Below, one piece after another: positions 12,683 through 25,985 of a stretch of DNA of 64,000 bases. The DNA is from Octopus vulgaris (Eukaryota). A model generated the notes under the pieces. It had not been told where the DNA came from. It ran no database searches and saw nothing but the letters and a program-made list of their open reading frames with translations. Where the stretch lies: positions 104,656,001-104,720,000 of the forward strand of contig OX597817.1 of assembly GCA_951406725.2 (NCBI GenBank). Reading direction: 5' to 3'. The first letter of the stretch is position 1, and each line of letters starts with the position of its first letter. The position numbers were made by a program, and so were the translations under genes.

Positions 12683-13260
12683 GTGCCGGTGGCACACAAG
12701 AAAACAATCCGAACGTGGCCGTAGCCAGTACCGCACCGACTGGCCTCCATGCTGTGGGCACGTAACAATCACCATCCAATCGTGGCCGATCGCCAGCCTA
12801 ATCTGGCTCTTGTGTCGGTGGCACATAAAAAACACCATCCGAGCGTGGTCGTCTGCTAGCCTTGTCTGGCACCTGTGTCGGTGGCACATAAAAACACCAT
12901 CCGAGCGTGGCCGTTCGCCAGCCTCGTCTGGCACCTGTGTCGGTGGCACATAAAAACACCATCCGAGCGTGGTCGTCTGCTATCCTTGTCTGGCACCTGT
13001 GTCGGTGGCACATAAAAACACCATCCGAGCGTGGCCATTCGCCAGCCTCGTCTGGCACCTGTGTCGGTGGCACATAAAAACACCAACCGAGCGTGGTCGT
13101 CTGCTAGCCTTGTCTGGCACCTGTGTCGGTGGCACATAAAAACACCATCCGAGCGTGGCCGTCTGGCACCTGTGTCGGTGGCACATAAAAAACACCATCC
13201 GAGCGTGGCCGTTTGCCAGCCTCGTCTGGCACCTGTGTCGGTGGCACATAAAATCACCCA
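12683..13260 (+). repeat. 62-bp tandem array (~10 units) in RTE 3' UTR
   Basis: TGTGTCGGTGGCACA recurs at 12811, 12874, 12936, 12998, 13060, 13122, 13171, 13234, with two diverged units from 12683. Confidence 0.95.
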
Positions 13261-13890
13261 CTACACTCTCGGAGTGGTTGGCGTTAGGAAGGGCATCCAG
13301 CTGTAGAAACACTGCCAGATCTGACTGGCCTGGTGCAGCCTTCGGACTCCCCAGACCCCAGTTGAACCGTCCAACCCATGCTAGCATGGAAAGCGGACGT
13401 TAAATGATGATGATGATGATGAAGTACTAAAATTAATGAAAATGGAAAATATTACAGATTACACATCATGATAGTAACTTCAAATTCACTACCAATCTTG
13501 CTATGCCCCTATCTATAGCCCAAGGAGTTTGCACAAGCTACTCGTCCACATTTAGTAGCCTCATTGGCCACTGTAGTGTGAGAAAATTTCTAAATCAATA
13601 TAAAGAGATACGGTACTTTATTCTAAATCACTTTAGCATAAAAGCTCAACAGCCACATTAATCTATAAAGTATTTGACAATTTCATATTTAAATGCAATA
13701 TATATACACAAAGACACACGAGTGAGTAGACAAATGAAAGGGCACTCAACACATGCTTGAAACTCAGAGTACCAATGAATTTGAATCAAACTGTTTTGAT
13801 CCATATTTATATATATATATATATATATACATATATATATGCATATATATACATAAAATTCTCCAAACTTGTATAAATGTGTATAGAATA

Positions 13891-15558
13891 ATATATCAGT
13901 TGAATAAAGTTAAAACATAGTCTGGTTTTCTCGTTTTTTATTATTGTATTTAGAAAAAAAATTTTTAGAATGTTAAACATAAAAAAAATATTTCGTAATG
14001 TTCATAAAGTTCAATTAGCGCTTTCATATATTCGTCATAATCATCAGATTTCAAAATGTATTCAACTGACAGTTGAGTTCATGACAACTGTAGTAAAATG
14101 ACTGATTTCTTCCTTTTTATACCTCTTAGAAGGCTCCAACAGGTTGAATTTTTACAAATACGGTTTTGATCAGCCCGCATACAGCTTAAACGTCACGGTT
14201 TGCTGGGTGCACCGATATTACTGGCAATAGATCCTTTAGTTTAACCAATTAGCTTGCGGTTTACATGTAATGGTTTTATGAGTGAGCAAACTTAGTTTCA
14301 ATCATTTATATTTCGATTGGTGGGAGTCTTCTGTAATTTGTTTATATTCATATGTTAAAGATATTTTTTAATCAACATCATTAACTGGTTGTTATATTAT
14401 TGTTGTTATATCAGTTCAGTCAAGGTTTGAACAGTTTAAAACGTTTTTCTTTTATCTTCCTTCCAACCTTACTTGTGTCATATAGTTTGTAGAAGGGAAA
14501 AATTAGAAACATTTTCTGACCACATGTTTCTATATGTTCACTCAATGGAACTTGACGAACATTAGTGTTTTGGATTTGTTGTCTGAGGACTCATGAGTGT
14601 TCTGATAATGCCTTCCCTGTCTAGTCAATATTTAGTTCCTCACAATTAGGGCATTTAATGCAGTAGATCAAATTTCTGCTTTGCGAAATGGGTTCGTCTT
14701 TCTCATGTTGCCCTAAGTTGTTATATACATATCTCTTTTGCTCATTGTATGCTATTTTCTATAAGTAGGAGAGGGTATTTTTGCTTGAGCAGAAATCCTG
14801 AGTTCCATAAGTCGTATGTTCCTTATATTTGGATCATCTACTACAGTACAAATATTCCTGGCTAGACAGTACAGGATGTTGTGTTTTGTGTGTGTTGGGT
14901 GGCATGATTTGAAATTTAGGTTCTGGTGTGTATCTGCTTTTGTAATAAATATCGGTTGTGATTGTGGTGTTGTTTTTAATTACCTTTATGTCAAGAAATG
15001 ATAATTGTGTATTGCTCATTTCTGTTGTGAATTTGAGACTAGGGTGTAGATTGTTGAGGAAGGTGCTGAATTCTTCCAGATTTTCTAGGGATTTGGTTCA
15101 AATTAGGAAACGATAATCAAGATATCTTTTCTATGTATCCACTGTGTGTCTTCTAAAGGTCATGCCATAGTTCTCTTCAGTTTTTTGGGGGTTCCAAGCA
15201 TCCTAATACTGAGTTCGGCGAAAGCTGGAGCAAATCACGTCCCCATAGCTGTGCCTCAAATTTGGAGGTAGATTTTTCCATTGAAAAGGAATGTATTGTT
15301 TTCGAGAATTAGGCTGACTATGTCTAGTATGAAGGTTGTCAGTCATTTTACTACCGTTGTCAAGAACTGTCAGTTAAATACATTTTGAAATTTGATAATT
15401 ACTACGAGCGTATGAAAGCGATAACTGAACTTTATGAATATTACAAAATATTGTTTTAATGTGTAACACACTTCAACATTGTAAAAAAATTTTTTTTAAA
15501 TACAATAATAAAAAATGTGGAAACCAGATCATGTTTTGACTTTATTCAACTGATATAT
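13891..15558 (-). mobile_element. Penelope-like element relic (RT + GIY-YIG pseudogene) flanked by inverted pseudo-LTRs
   Basis: Minus strand: GTAMG (~15240), YLD(D)-like (~15115), LSFLDIKV..TDIYYK (ORF 14834-15019), NLIYCIKCPNCEE GIY-YIG segment (~14625-14675). Diverged inverted repeats at 13891-14105 and 15339-15558. Flanked by TA/TG microsatellites. Confidence 0.85.
14013..14050 (-). ncRNA. Minimal type I hammerhead ribozyme in PLE pseudo-LTR
   Basis: AAU-CUGAUGA-U UAUG acgaa UAUA U-GAAA-GCGC-UA^-AUU. Core intact, palindromic GCGC stem III loop, weak stem II. Confidence 0.7.
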
Positions 15559-17795
15559 GTATGTGTGTGTGTGTAGCTTTGTACATAATTAAGTCAACGT
15601 GTTGACTGATTTGTGCTAGTAGATCACTCGATCAAGGTAAATAATGAAGCATTGGTGCAAAGCAGTGTTTAGGTATGAGTTGAAATATGTTTGTCACATA
15701 TTTCAACTACTAAAAGGCAAATCATCATTATAAAATTTGTCTAGAAATTTCAATGAAGTCCTTACATGAAGCCTTAGTATTTTATTTTCTCACAACTCAC
15801 TAATTCCATTTCAAAACTCATATTTTTATGCCCATAAAAGAAGTTTAAAAAGAAAAGAAAACAAAAACAGCATAGATGATTACAATTATTTATGAGAAGT
15901 TATTGCAACTTATTTTAATTCCTTAGAATTACAAACATGCTGCCAAAATCAAAAATATAAAATAACTGATTTCACTTTTAGCTTGAGATTTATTATTTTT
16001 TTTACTTTCAGTTATTGGACTGAAGCCATGCTAAAGGCTGTACCCTCTAAGCTATAGTTTACATTGATTACATGTATAGATTATATTGACCCTCTTACTT
16101 ATTTTATAGACTGGTTTTTCAGCCATGGAATGATGAAAAGCAAAATAAACTGGGTAAGATATGAACTATGAACATAGAGGGATGTAACCAAACATCACAG
16201 AGTATTTATATAGGTGATTCTGTTGTTTAGATGAAAAATTATTCATGGGCAAATTGTGGCCTGCTGGACTTTCTAAATGGCACACCCGACAATGTTTTTT
16301 TAGTAATGTGGCCCACCTGATGATAAACCATGTGGCCCATTTCTCAAAAAAAGTATGTCCATGCCAGCATGGCTTTAACATTTATAAGATAGTTGAGATA
16401 GCAGTAAGGTAAAGAGCAAAACAACCTGAAATAAAATATCTTAAAAACAAAGTTTTTATGGATAAGATTATAAACTCTGACAAAAAAAAAAAAATCAATA
16501 TACAAGATAATCTTGGCTGTACCAAGTGCTCTTGTAGCCAAAATTGACTTTGTAAAATACAACTTACTGTGTTGTAAGAAAAATTATCATCCAATTCAGT
16601 TTGCTTCATGTTAAAATATTGTATGTTAGATACTGAAGACTTACATATGTGGAATATAAAGATAATCTTCACATTTTTAAATACTTCCAGTTTTATTTTA
16701 TTTTCTTTTTTAAATTGATCATAATTTATGAAAATAAATACAACATATGACGGCTGTTTACTTCTATTGTAATTGCTTTTATTCCATTAAAAAAAAATCA
16801 ATATGATCATGTAATTTATGAATTAACAACAGAAAAATTGTTTGGCATGTTTTTATACCAAAAAGCCTTTAGAATATGAGCTGTTAGGCACAGGCATTTT
16901 TAGACTAAAATACTTTGGAGAGAAACAGTTTTTAAAGAATAGACAAAAAAATCTGTATAATAATAGCCAATATAAATGTTGGCTGGTTGATTATCCAGTA
17001 CCATTTTACATCATAAAGAGAAGGGGAAAGAGAGTAAAAGATGCAAAGAGTTAAATTAAGAGGTACAAAATGTATGCACATACTAGTCTTAGTGGCAGGA
17101 AGACAGTAAACAGTAGGGTAGCTATGGGGAAGAGTTATACAGATGAGAAATTTGTTTTAATTTTTATTTTAAGGTAAGAAGTATTTTTTCTTTTGAAAAT
17201 CAGTATTTATTTGCCCATTTTGTGTAAACACCAAGAAACATAAGTTATATTACAATGATTGTATGTATGCCATATATCCTGATATTACCCATGGTAGCCA
17301 AAGTATACCCATCATATAATAGGTAGGTAACACTACCTCAGTATAATTGCTGATATAAAAGTTGCTTGTGTGGTTGGACAATTTTTTTTAGTAATGCCTT
17401 ACATCATATAGAGAGAGGAAGAGAGAGAGAGAGAGGAAGAGAGAGAGAGAGAGTGAGCATAAAAGACAGAGAGAAGTAAAATCAGAGGTGCAGGATAAAT
17501 GCACACTAGGCTTGGTAGCAGAAGGAGGAAGAGGAGAAATAAATAAATGACAACAGTTATGGGAAGGGTCAAGCAAATGAGAAATTTTATTTTTCTTAGA
17601 ATAATTATTTTTCTTCTGAAAATTATTATTCATTTCATCATTTTTCTGTTGGCATTAAGAAATTTAATGAAAGTTAAACTATAATTATTTTATGTAATGC
17701 CATACTTCTTGATATTACCCATGATGGTCAAAAGTATACATCTAAAGTTACCTGCCCATATGATGAGTAATACTAGCAACAATAAAATGCTTTAA

Positions 17796-18017
17796 CCCTT
17801 TTGTTACCAACCCGGCCGAAACTGACTCTGGCTCTGTAGTACAAATGTCTTGTTTTCATAAGTTTTGAATTAAAATCTTCCATCAAACCTTAGTCACAAT
17901 TTATGTTCCAAACACTAGCTGAATGATAACTAAGTTATTTTATTTAATTCTTTGTTATATTTAAAATTAATTGAAAGAAACACAGAGCATCTCAAAATAA
18001 ATACAATAACGAAAGGG
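17796..18017. mobile_element. piggyBac-type MITE
   Basis: TTAA|CCCTTT ... AAAGGG|TTAA termini; non-coding. Confidence 0.85.
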
Positions 18018-18277
18018 TTAACACATCCAATTTCACAGTTATTAATTTTACTGTTTCCTGCACGAAAAACCATGACTTAAGTGTTTCTTTAACTTAGGAT
18101 CTCATAGAAACAATTCTGTTTCAAAGAACAAATTGTTAATAAATTTTGGGTTTGTATTTTTAAATCTTGTTCTACAGATACAAGGTTTCTTTAATAGATT
18201 TTGTAGCAATACACACTTCAGTCTTTTACAGTAAAATTTGTTTTTTTTACTGATTTCTTTCATGTTACATTTACTTA

Positions 18278-18833
18278 CACTACCGTCAGAAATTAATTAG
18301 CACCCTTGATTTGCTCACCATGAAGCATGGTGGGGGTGGTCTGATGGTGTGAGGGGCGTTCAGCTACAGTGGTGTTGGGCGGCTCTATGCCGTCGAAGGC
18401 AACATCAACGCAGCAAAGTACGTTGAGATAGTACGGGATACCTCTTTGGTGGCAAGGAGTACGTGCTGGCCAGTCACCTGACCTGAACCCTATTGAGAAC
18501 CTCTGGAGTCGATTGGGTAGGGATTTGAATGTGCAGCAATACAGGAACCGACACGAGCTGTTTGGGGCACTTCTTGCTGCATGAGGGGCCATCCCTGCAC
18601 AGTACCTGCAGGCACTCATAGACAGCATGCCGACCCGCGTAGCAGCTGTCATTGCTGCCAAAGGAGGAGCAACAAGATATTGATTAAATTTCACGATTAA
18701 TAACAATTATGTGGTGTGCTGGGATATGTTTTAATAAATTTTTGATAAAAACGAGTTCATTTCTGATAATAAGTTAATTAAATTAAGAAAATGTAGAAAT
18801 TTGAGAAGTGCTAATTAATTTCCGACGCAAGTG
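18278..18833 (+). mobile_element. Internally deleted Tc1-like element
   Basis: TIRs CACTACCGTCAGAAATTAATTAGCAC / GTGCTAATTAATTTCCGACGCAAGTG, TA flanks. Remnants KHGGGGLMV*GAF and SPDLNPIENLW. Confidence 0.88.
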
Positions 18834-20149
18834 TAAGTTTTATATTCAAATATAATGGATTTTGTCTGTTCTTGTTGAAAAATTTGTCATGCATAGAAAT
18901 AATTGCATCCATAGGTCTTTGTTCACACAAATAGATTTGATATATGTATACACATCCATGACTTTTGATTCAGTATCATCTCATTTGTGACATCCACACC
19001 ATCTTATTCCAAATCTTCTTTGATTTCAACCAACGGATCATACAGAAATCATTTCACTCCTTTTCCATCATTTTCTCTGTCTTCACTGATACACACTTCT
19101 AATCTGTGTGTGTGTGTATCATCTTTTAATGTCCACTTTCCATACTGTCATGGGTTGGACAGTTTGATAGGAACCAGCTAGGCAGAAGTCTACACCAGAC
19201 TTCAGTGTCTGTTTTGGCATGGTTTTTACAGCTGGATACCCATAAAAACCATGCCAAAACAGACATGTACACAGAACTATTTCATATTCATGCTACATCA
19301 TCACATTTCATTTACATTTATTATTCATATCAGACTGAAAGCTTTTCTCAAAAATTGTCCATCAAAGCCAATAATGATGGTCTTCTTCCAATATGGGTCT
19401 TTTAGCGACTATATCTAAATCCTTGATGTGCAGCTTGAATTGTAGTCAAAACACGTAAACACTTGGTTGGTAAAAGCAGGTTAGCTTTCATATATAACAC
19501 TTTTCCTGCTTCTAATGTCACTGAGTGTAACATCTTAAATTCCCTTCTACCAGCAGAGAACTCACTAAGACAAGTGGTAGGCAATGAGGTCATTTTTGAG
19601 GACTCACTGACACTATGGGCTTCAGTTCTTAATCATTTACATAGTTAAACCTAATGAATTGATTTTACACACACTCAAAATCCAAAACTTCATTTACTAA
19701 TAAAATATGCCATTTGCTTATGTACAAAAACTATCTCCTGGATTCCTTTTTATTCACCTCCATTCCTTCTTCACAGCTGTGCAATTAGTTGTAATAAGGG
19801 CACCTAACTGTAAAAACATTTTCCAACAAAAAATCCTATCGACCCAAGCTAGCATGGACGAAAAATTATGCAAACAAAGCAAAATTATCATAACAGTACC
19901 CTTCCTTACATTAAGTGATAATGATGACAGATTAATGTAAATATGGTATAAACAGTAAAGTAAATACAAGGAGTTGTGGCTTTTAATTGTCTCTTTACAT
20001 TCTGAGTCCAAATTTCATGAATATTGATTTTATCTTTCATCTTTCTAAGGTTGATTAAATAAAGGTTGATAATGGATTGGGGTTGACTTAACAATGACAG
20101 CTCTTCCCTACAAACTTGAGCCCTTGCACCCAAGTTAGAAACAAATAAG

Positions 20150-20410
20150 GTACAGGCATAGCTGTGTGATAAGAAGCTTGCTTCCCAACAACATAGTTCC
20201 ATTGTGTAGCACCTTGGGCAAGTGTTATAGCCTTGGGCCAACCAAAGCTTTGTGAGTGGATTTGGTAGATGGAAACTGAAAGCAGCACGTCATGTATATG
20301 TGTGTGTGTATTCACCATCATTGCGTGACAACTCTGGTGTGGGTGTGTTTATGTTCCTGTAATGTAGCAGTTTGGCAAAAGAGACTGACTGAAACAAGTA
20401 AAAGATAAAA
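20150..20410 (+). mobile_element. tRNA-derived CORE-like SINE family B; other copies ~3580-3950 (-), 26105-26605 (+, two heads), 49570-49800 (-), 51830-52050 (-), 52590-52765 (-), 58535-58680 (-), 59125-59350 (+)
   Basis: Shared GGCTGTGTGGTAAGAAGCTTGCT..ACCTTGGGCAAGTG..GTGAGTGGATTTGGTAGA sequence followed by a (TG)n tract. Confidence 0.75.
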
Positions 20411-21022
20411 GATAGATAAGGCTTATGCATTTAGTTTTGGCTGTAATAGATTATTATATACTTATTCAGACTTGGTTGTTATAGTCAGTCATGACATTTT
20501 GTACTCTCTAACCTTCTTCAGGAGGTGAATTCTTCTCCTTCTGTTAACCAAACCAGAAATATTCTGCTATTTGTGATATCACTTGCTTGTTCTGATTAAT
20601 CCAGAGTCTTCATTGGTTGGTTGGTTGGTTCTTGAAGTGAATCAATGCTTGTATTGACTACACAATGGATTTAATAAAAGTTTCAGTTTGAAATTCTAGG
20701 AGCGTTTCTGAATACACTCTGGTCTTCTTCAGATACCTATCGTACCCAAAGAAGGTATAATGGGTGAAACATTGTGACTATAATAAGCAAGATGAAGATA
20801 GCCACAAGTCCAATGATGATGATGATGTCAATGATAATGTCTCATTTCAGAAAACCAGACAAAAAAAACAAAAGTAGATTAGTTATTGGAAGGGAAACTA
20901 TGGACAAGCTAAGATCTCCAAGAATAAAATTCTATGAGAAAAAAATATAGATTTTGACTAGAGGTAATATGAAGAGAAGAAGGATGTGCATGGAAAGAAA
21001 GGTATATTGAATTTATTTAAGT

Positions 21023-21276
21023 CAGTGGTTTTTGAGAGTCCACACAAACCAAATAGTAAGCTGGGGATGCACAGTAATATTTTAAGGGTTCACGGAAAAG
21101 TTTTGCTTTAGATATACATAGTTCAACCTACGCAATTGAATGTGCAAATAATAAAATAGGAATTTTGAAAGATGTATTACTAAAACTAGTTTTTAAACAT
21201 CGAATGGCTGAGAGGATTCACAAAATAAAACAATGATCAAAGGGATCCATAAATAAAGAATGGTTGAGAACCATTG
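21023..21276. mobile_element. hAT (Charlie/MER5-like) MITE
   Basis: CAGTGGTT ... AACCATTG ends with perfect 8-bp TSD ATTTAAGT (21015-21022, 21277-21284). Confidence 0.85.
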
Positions 21277-24200
21277 ATTTAAGTTGTGAAGTGTACAATC
21301 AAAAATCCAAAGGAGCAGAGATTTTCTTTGTTTTTTTTTACAGCAATAGTAAGAGAAACAAAAAAGGATCATAGCTCAGTGAAGTAAAGTAAACTGATAT
21401 TTTTTCTAGATGCAGTCGATTGTTTAGTCATGATGTCTGAAGAATATCTGATATACGAGCATTATTACATTAAGACACTGGGTACAATTGTACCTTATAT
21501 AGAATACCAAAGTTGTTCAAAGCTTAAGTGTTTTTTGTATATTCTGAAGAGGACCTAAATTTTGGATACTGTTTTATGACATCACTGTAAAAGAAAACTA
21601 CTTACAGTAAAGCCTTGCATTTACAGAGAAGTGAGGTAGTTGTTCTGCCCCAAACCAGCCCTGGTTGAGCAGGTCTATGTTAAAGGGGATCTGAACAATG
21701 ACCAATCTATTTTTTTAATATTCAATATGTCCTTCCACCATGATCATAGTCAGGTGTGATTCAAGAGAAATTTGGCAGCTACTTTTAGCAGTTCAAATAA
21801 GCATGTAAAGATTTCTTCATAGGCTTGTGCAAATTTGATTTCTTGAGATGTGTAATATTTAGACTTTAGAGGAATCATCATAACATATGCAGCAACAGAG
21901 TGACATAGTAAGTTAGTGGTTAGTTTCAAGTAAGGCTAGAATAAGTAAATTAGATACTGGCATCATCAAAACTAGTAAATAGCTATTTGTACAAGATAGT
22001 AGAGATTAGAGAAAGGCAGTTGACAGAATTGGTAAAATGTCAAATAATGTTTTGCAATAACTGTTTCAGGTTTTAGTATTCTTAGATCACATCTGCCAAG
22101 GTTAAATTTATCTTTCATCCTTCCAGGGTTGATATTGGAGGAGGACTGAACTAGGGGGCTAGCAAAATCCATCTAATCCAGACCAATGGAACAAGAAAAG
22201 GAAAAAAAGGTGGGGGGAATAAGAAATTCATGCAAAAGAAAAATTCAACAGAAATCATTTCCAAAGACCAGGTTTGTCATAAAATATATGTGAGAAGCAG
22301 GATACAAAAGTGCCTCAAATATGTAGCAATGAAATATGAAATATGAAGATGGGATATCTACAAACACAAGGAACAAGATTCCCTGGATACATAATGTAGT
22401 TAGATTTAATAGGCTCAGAGTCAATCAAGTAACTGTGGGCCTGCAAAAAGTTGCATATTCTTGTGCCAAAAAGTATTTTGCAGTGACAGGGTTCAGTCAA
22501 TTGTTTTCCAGATAAAACAACTGACAGAGTTGCAATGACAACGTTGATCATCTTTGCTAGCAGGTCACCTGATCAATCAAATTGAACAGACATGTTCTTA
22601 TAATTTAGCATCTTCATTTTACCAGAGAAGTGTAATGAACCTGTGATTACCTCATTGAAGACCCATCTGGTTTAAATGTCTAATCATCAAGGCTATTGTT
22701 CACAAATGCATGTTATATAAAACAGCTTGCAATAATGCAATTATGATTCAGAAGTAATAAGGTGCCACTCATAAGAAAAAGATTTAAGTAATAAGCAGAG
22801 CACAATGAAAAATGAATGAAGGGCAAGGTATCAGTATGCAGATAACTACAATTAAAATAGGTCAAAATGTTCACATGAGAAGGTTAAGTTTAAACAATGA
22901 ACAAAAATTAAAAGACTAAACAATTTTGAAATTACATTCTAAAGAGGCTACCCTGTGTAAGTAAGCATTAAATGAAGATAAATATATGCTTTGGCTTCAT
23001 GTAAAAAAAAAAACCCTTTTAATTTCTTTTCTTCATTTACATTTAGTTATATTACTATAATAGTTAATCACACCATAATATGAAAAGACTTATTTAACAA
23101 TTCTTGATAAAATCTAGTTCAATTAATAACTCTGGTAACATTTTGCTTTCCTTTCCTTTGAACTGCCCCACTTGTATAAAATATTACATGATGCCAAATT
23201 GAAGCATGATAAAGATGAAAACCACCTTTAAATAAATATTTTTTATACAAGCGCAATTGCTATGTTATTAATACCTAAATTGGCAAGTTGCCCAAATGAT
23301 GGTATGGGATAAATAGATCTGTGGGTTATGCCACAAACTGTTAAATGTTATACTCTCAGGAAAATTCTCTCAGCTGGAACACATGCAAATTACAATACTG
23401 GTAATGGATTGCAACCGTGCTAGTGCATTGCTTTTAAAAGGTTTTACTTGTTACTTGATCATTTTGACCCCAGGACTTATTTTAGTGTGGAACTTATTTT
23501 ATAAATTCATATTGGAAAAAAACTACTTAATTACAGGTTATAAAGGGACACAACACAGCTCTTTAGACCAGCATAAACACACACACACAGAGTGTGCCAG
23601 GTATCTGTGAACAAACTTTAGTAAGTCATATAAAGACAACCTAATGTAATACAGCAGGCACTAAATTTTAACTTTTCTCATTTTTCTTTCAAATATATCA
23701 TCAGCATCAACATACGACAGATTCCAGTCTGACAAAATAACTGAAAAAAAACACACTATGTTCATGACTCTAGCCACCAACTACAATAGCTGAGAATAAC
23801 TAGCACTTGTATCCAGAATCAGTATAGAGCTGGAGGTCCTTGATGGGGGATATGTTATCCATGGTTAAGAGAAAGAAACATTCTCAGGAGTAAGACATCA
23901 ACAGAATGGCTGAGTTTGTCCAGGTCATCATAGCAACAATCCTAGCAGGTCAATGAGGGCTCTCACTAGGTAGCACAAAGTGATGGTGTCAACAGTCAAC
24001 TTTCAGATGTGTTGTACAGAAGAATATCAGATACAAAGCCTAAATGAGAGCGGACAGTTATGTGTGAGACAACCCAGAAAAACTATGTAAACATGTGGCC
24101 TTCTAGCTCTCCCAATTTGAACCCAAACAACTGCTGCATCCAAGGTGTCTTTGGGAGAGAAAACAAATCTCACCTCTCCACAGCACCAGGAACTTGTTGG

Positions 24201-25780
24201 CAGTCGACATCATGAATAGCATGGAAAGGGACCACTTGATTCTGGTATGCAGTAATTTCCACAGTCATATTAAGATAGCCATTAGGGCTGGTAATGGTTT
24301 CACTGATAAGCTCATTTCTTCGATTTTTCTTGTTGAATGTGTACTTGATGTACCCTGTAGGTGATAGGCTTTGGCAGTTTGTCAGCCACATTTCTCTGAC
24401 AAGGTTTTGGTCAACCTGGTGCAATAATAGAAGGCACTCACCTAAGATTCTGTACAGTATGACCAAAATCCAAAACCATGTGCTACCAAAGTAAACTCCT
24501 TAACCAAACAGTTTTTATTTAGCAATTAATTTTTCTTTTACCATCACTTGTAACCGTGTTTTTTCTATTCTAACCTATTTTAGAAGTTGCTGACTTCTAT
24601 AATATATACTTCTAAAACAATGATGTAACAAGATTTCATGCTTATTTTCACCTAGAGTCATGAATATAAAGTAATGACTGAAAGGTACAATTGCAAATAC
24701 AAACAGCCAAAATGGGCTTCCCCTAAATGATCTCTTCAGTTATGTTACACAACAGAGTGCAAACACTTCTTCAGGATTATTTAAATGAATTATAGAAAGA
24801 TTACGACACAACTGTTTATATAACAAATTATAGTATTACAATTTGCCACATGAAATATAGAACTATTATTTATCATATAAAAAAAAATTTTCTAAAAGAG
24901 AAAATATTGTAAAATATTTACTGTTTTAGTGAAAAATACCTCTAGATTAATAATGTCAATCTAACAAAGAGTCTAACTGGTACAATCCCTAAATAAATAG
25001 TGCAACAATTATACTATGGAAACACCCACAACCTTTAATGAGGAAGTGAGGCATTATTAAATACTATCTTCATATAGTGTCATGCCAAGTCAGCTTGACA
25101 AGAGCCAATCCCTGCAGAGAGTATAACTAGTAGTGTAAAAATGCTCCACCAGCAATCAAGCTTATCCCCAGTCTATGGTGCTTATTTGTAACCTCTTGCT
25201 GAACAATTTATGATATTATGACACTGATAAAACGACAATTTTCCTATCACTAAAAATTCAACTAAGCTATGGTTTTTATAAATTATGCTGCATTATAGGC
25301 AAGTTCTTCTTTTCATTAATCTTTCTTTTTTTTTATATCAGATCTATATAGAATTATTTGAACTGTTAGAATTACTAATTACTAACAAAGCTGTTCTGAA
25401 TTCAGAGCTGAACATTTTTTCTGAACCAGGAGTTAGTCAAAACACTCTAAACTAAACAAATATTAAATTTACTTAAATATTTAAATGAAATACAGGTACC
25501 TGTACATTATTATAAATGATACGAGTTTATTAATACTGCACTGTGCAAGGCACTAGTCTGTGCTAAGTATCAGTAAATTAATCTGGCATCTGTAAGAATT
25601 TGAGGTTTCTGTTTGTGAGTTGGTGAGTATAAGAGGTTCCAGACCATCAGTGTCCAGAAAATTGGTGTACACATACCAATCAACACTATACTAATTAGTA
25701 TAAAAATATCGATGGAAATAAGTTTGCCTAGACTACGTAACTTTTGATGTTTATCTACACTAGATATTTTATATTATCTA

Positions 25781-25985
25781 AGGTAGTGAACTGGCAGAAA
25801 CGTTAGCATGCTGGGTGAAATGCTTAGCGGTATTTCATTCTGAGTTCAAATTCTGCCATGGTCGACTTTGCCTTTCATCCTTTCAGGGTCGATAAATTAA
25901 GTACCAGTTGCATACTGGGGTCAATCTAATCAACTGCCCCCCCAAAAAAAATTTCAGGCCTTGTGCCTAGAGTAGAAAAGAATAT
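25781..25985 (+). mobile_element. SINE family A copy
   Basis: GGTAGTGAACTGGCAGAA..GTTCAAATTC..GTCGACTTTGCCTTTCATCC; flanked by duplicated ATATTTTATATTATCTAA. Confidence 0.8.

Larger units (their letters stand above)
9816..13418 (+). mobile_element. RTE-clade LINE, 5'-truncated, young
   Basis: 8-bp TSD ATGAAGTA at 9808-9815 and 13419-13426. (GAT)n tail. Uninterrupted ORF. 5' end falls inside the APE endonuclease domain. Confidence 0.96.

Noticed and set aside
12683-13260. CRISPR-like array
   Set aside because: The segments between repeats are themselves repeated (A/B), there are no cas genes, and it sits in a eukaryotic LINE 3' UTR.
13720-13805. Possible HHR relic (CAAAUGA..GAAACUCAGAGUA); tail shared with ~47096-47135
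   Set aside because: A real short repeat, but the core is too degenerate to call.
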